64,000 nucleotides of DNA from Somniosus microcephalus (lineage: Eukaryota). Shown here one piece after another: positions 62,461 to 64,000 of the stretch. Numbering within the stretch: the stretch's first letter is position 1; every line of letters begins with the position of its first letter. A model generated the notes under the pieces. It was not told the origin of the DNA. It did no database searches and saw only the letters and a list, made by a program, of their open reading frames with translations. The stretch lies in contig CM126207.1 in assembly GCA_052327205.1 (NCBI GenBank), positions 165,726,001 to 165,790,000 on the forward strand, in the 5' to 3' direction. The translations under genes and the position numbers were made by a program.

Positions 62461-63325
62461 ACAAAAACAACGTGCATTTTTAAAGCATCTTTAACGTAGC
62501 AAAATTTCCCAAGGCACTTCTAATCAGCATTATCAAACAAAATTTGACACCGAGCCACAGAACGAGATATTAGGGCTGATGACCATTGGACTTGGTCAAA
62601 GAGGTAGGTTATAAGGAGCATCTTCAAGGAGGAAAGAGAGGTAGAGAGGTGCAGTGATTTAACAAGGGAATTCCAGAGTCTAGTGCCCAGGTAGCTGAAT
62701 GAATTGACTCCAATCGTGCACCGATTGAAACTGGGGATGCGCAAAAGGTCAGGAAGGCACACAGATAACTCGATGGTTTGTAGAGCTGGAGGAGGTTACA
62801 GGGATAGGGAGGGGCGAGCCCATGGAGGGATTTGAAAACAAGGATGAGAATTTTATATTCGAGGCGTTGCTTTAACGGCAGCCAGTGTAGATCAACGAGT
62901 ACAGTGCTGATGGATGAACTGGACTTGGTGCGAGTTAGAATAAGGGCGGCAGAATTTTGAATGAACTTAAGCTTATGGAGGGTGCAATGTGGGAGGCGGT
63001 CAGGAGTGCTTTGGAATTGTCAAGTCTGGAAGTAACAAAGGCATGGATTAGGGTTTCAGCAGCAGATGCGCTGAGGAAGGTGAGGGGTGCGCGATATTAT
63101 GGGGGTGGAAATAGGCGGTCTTAGCAATGGCTTGGATATGTGGTCGGAAGCTCATCTCGGGTTCACGTAGGACACCAGGGTTGCAAACAGTCTGGTTCAG
63201 CTGCAGAGAGTTGCAATGGAGGGGGGTGAAGTTGGAGTCAAGGGAATGGAGTTTGTGGAGGGAACTGAAGAAAATGCCTTCGATCTTCCCACTATTTAGT
63301 GAATAGATATTATTGCTCATCCTTT
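62461..63325 (-). mobile_element. L2-type LINE 3' fragment
   Basis: LNSGKIE..PEMSFRPHIQAIAKTAYFH and SFSYLGTRLWNSL..LITYLF; L2-type tail CTACGTTAAAG..ATGCACGTTGTT. Confidence 0.75.
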
Positions 63326-63329
63326 ACTG

Positions 63330-64000
63330 GTGAAAGAAAAGCGGGTTAGAATAGCAAAGTGATCACTAGTACAAATACACAAATCACTAAATATTGCCAC
63401 ACAAGGCCATAAATAAGCAAATCAGTCATTAGTGTTTATTTCTGGAGGGATAGAATTAAAAATATTGAATTTATGCTAAACTAGTATCTAAGGTTGCTTA
63501 GACCACACTTGGGGTACTGCGTACAGTTCTAGTCGCCATATTGTGAAAATGATATAGAGGCACTGGCGAGGGTCCAGAGAAGATTAACAAGGATGATACC
63601 AGAAATGCGAGGTTATACCTATCAGGAAAGGATGAACAGGCTGGGTCTCCTTTTGCATGAAAAAGGAGGGCTGAGTGTTAACCTAATAGAGGTCTTTAAA
63701 ATTATGAAATATTTTTATAGAGTAGATACAGAGAATGTGTGGGGAAGAGCTTCACTTATAGGTCATTAATATAAAATAGTCGTCAAGCAATCAAATAAGG
63801 AACTCTGAAGAAGCTTCTTTACCAAGGGAGTGGTGAAAATGTGGAACTCGCTACCACGGGGAGTAATTGTGGCCAATAGTACAGATGCATTTAAGGGGAG
63901 GCTAGATACGCATATGAGGGAGAAGGGAATAAACGGTTATGCTGGTAGACATAGATGAGGAAAGACGGGAGGAGGCTCGAGTGGAGCATAAATGCAGGCA
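63330..64000 (+). mobile_element. CR1 LINE 3' fragment, running off the window
   Basis: RPHLGYCVQF, LARVQRRLTRMIP, RSFFTKGVVKMWNSLP. Confidence 0.75.

Overview
Vertebrate genomic DNA, most likely cartilaginous fish (CR1/HER1-type LINEs, tRNA-derived V-SINE/HE1-like SINE, epsilon-like ERV); no prokaryotic features. Left half (131-29671, GC-rich): a head-to-tail array of four Tx1-clade (L1-group) non-LTR retrotransposons on the minus strand. Each 3' end abuts the same 5' sequence (GACAAGACAGGGACTGG), which indicates repeated site-specific insertion. The upstream-most copy has an intact 1299-aa EN-RT ORF2 and is a chimera: a young segment (22506-27504) sits between two near-identical 2167-bp direct repeats (20339-22505 and 27505-29671) that share one ORF1 frameshift. 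The third copy is interrupted by a decayed ERV (5' LTR, tRNA-Gln PBS, gag, UGA-readthrough pro, CNPase-like HCT remnant, RNase H, IN, truncated env) whose LTR carries a MITE. Right half (AT-rich): many CR1/L2 relics, an LTR pair with a tRNA-Leu PBS, and a pseudogenised Ig-superfamily receptor gene (leader, pre-joined VJ-type V domain, C1 domain, TM segment with Arg). All calls are by eye from the sequence and ORF track; no database search or alignment was run.
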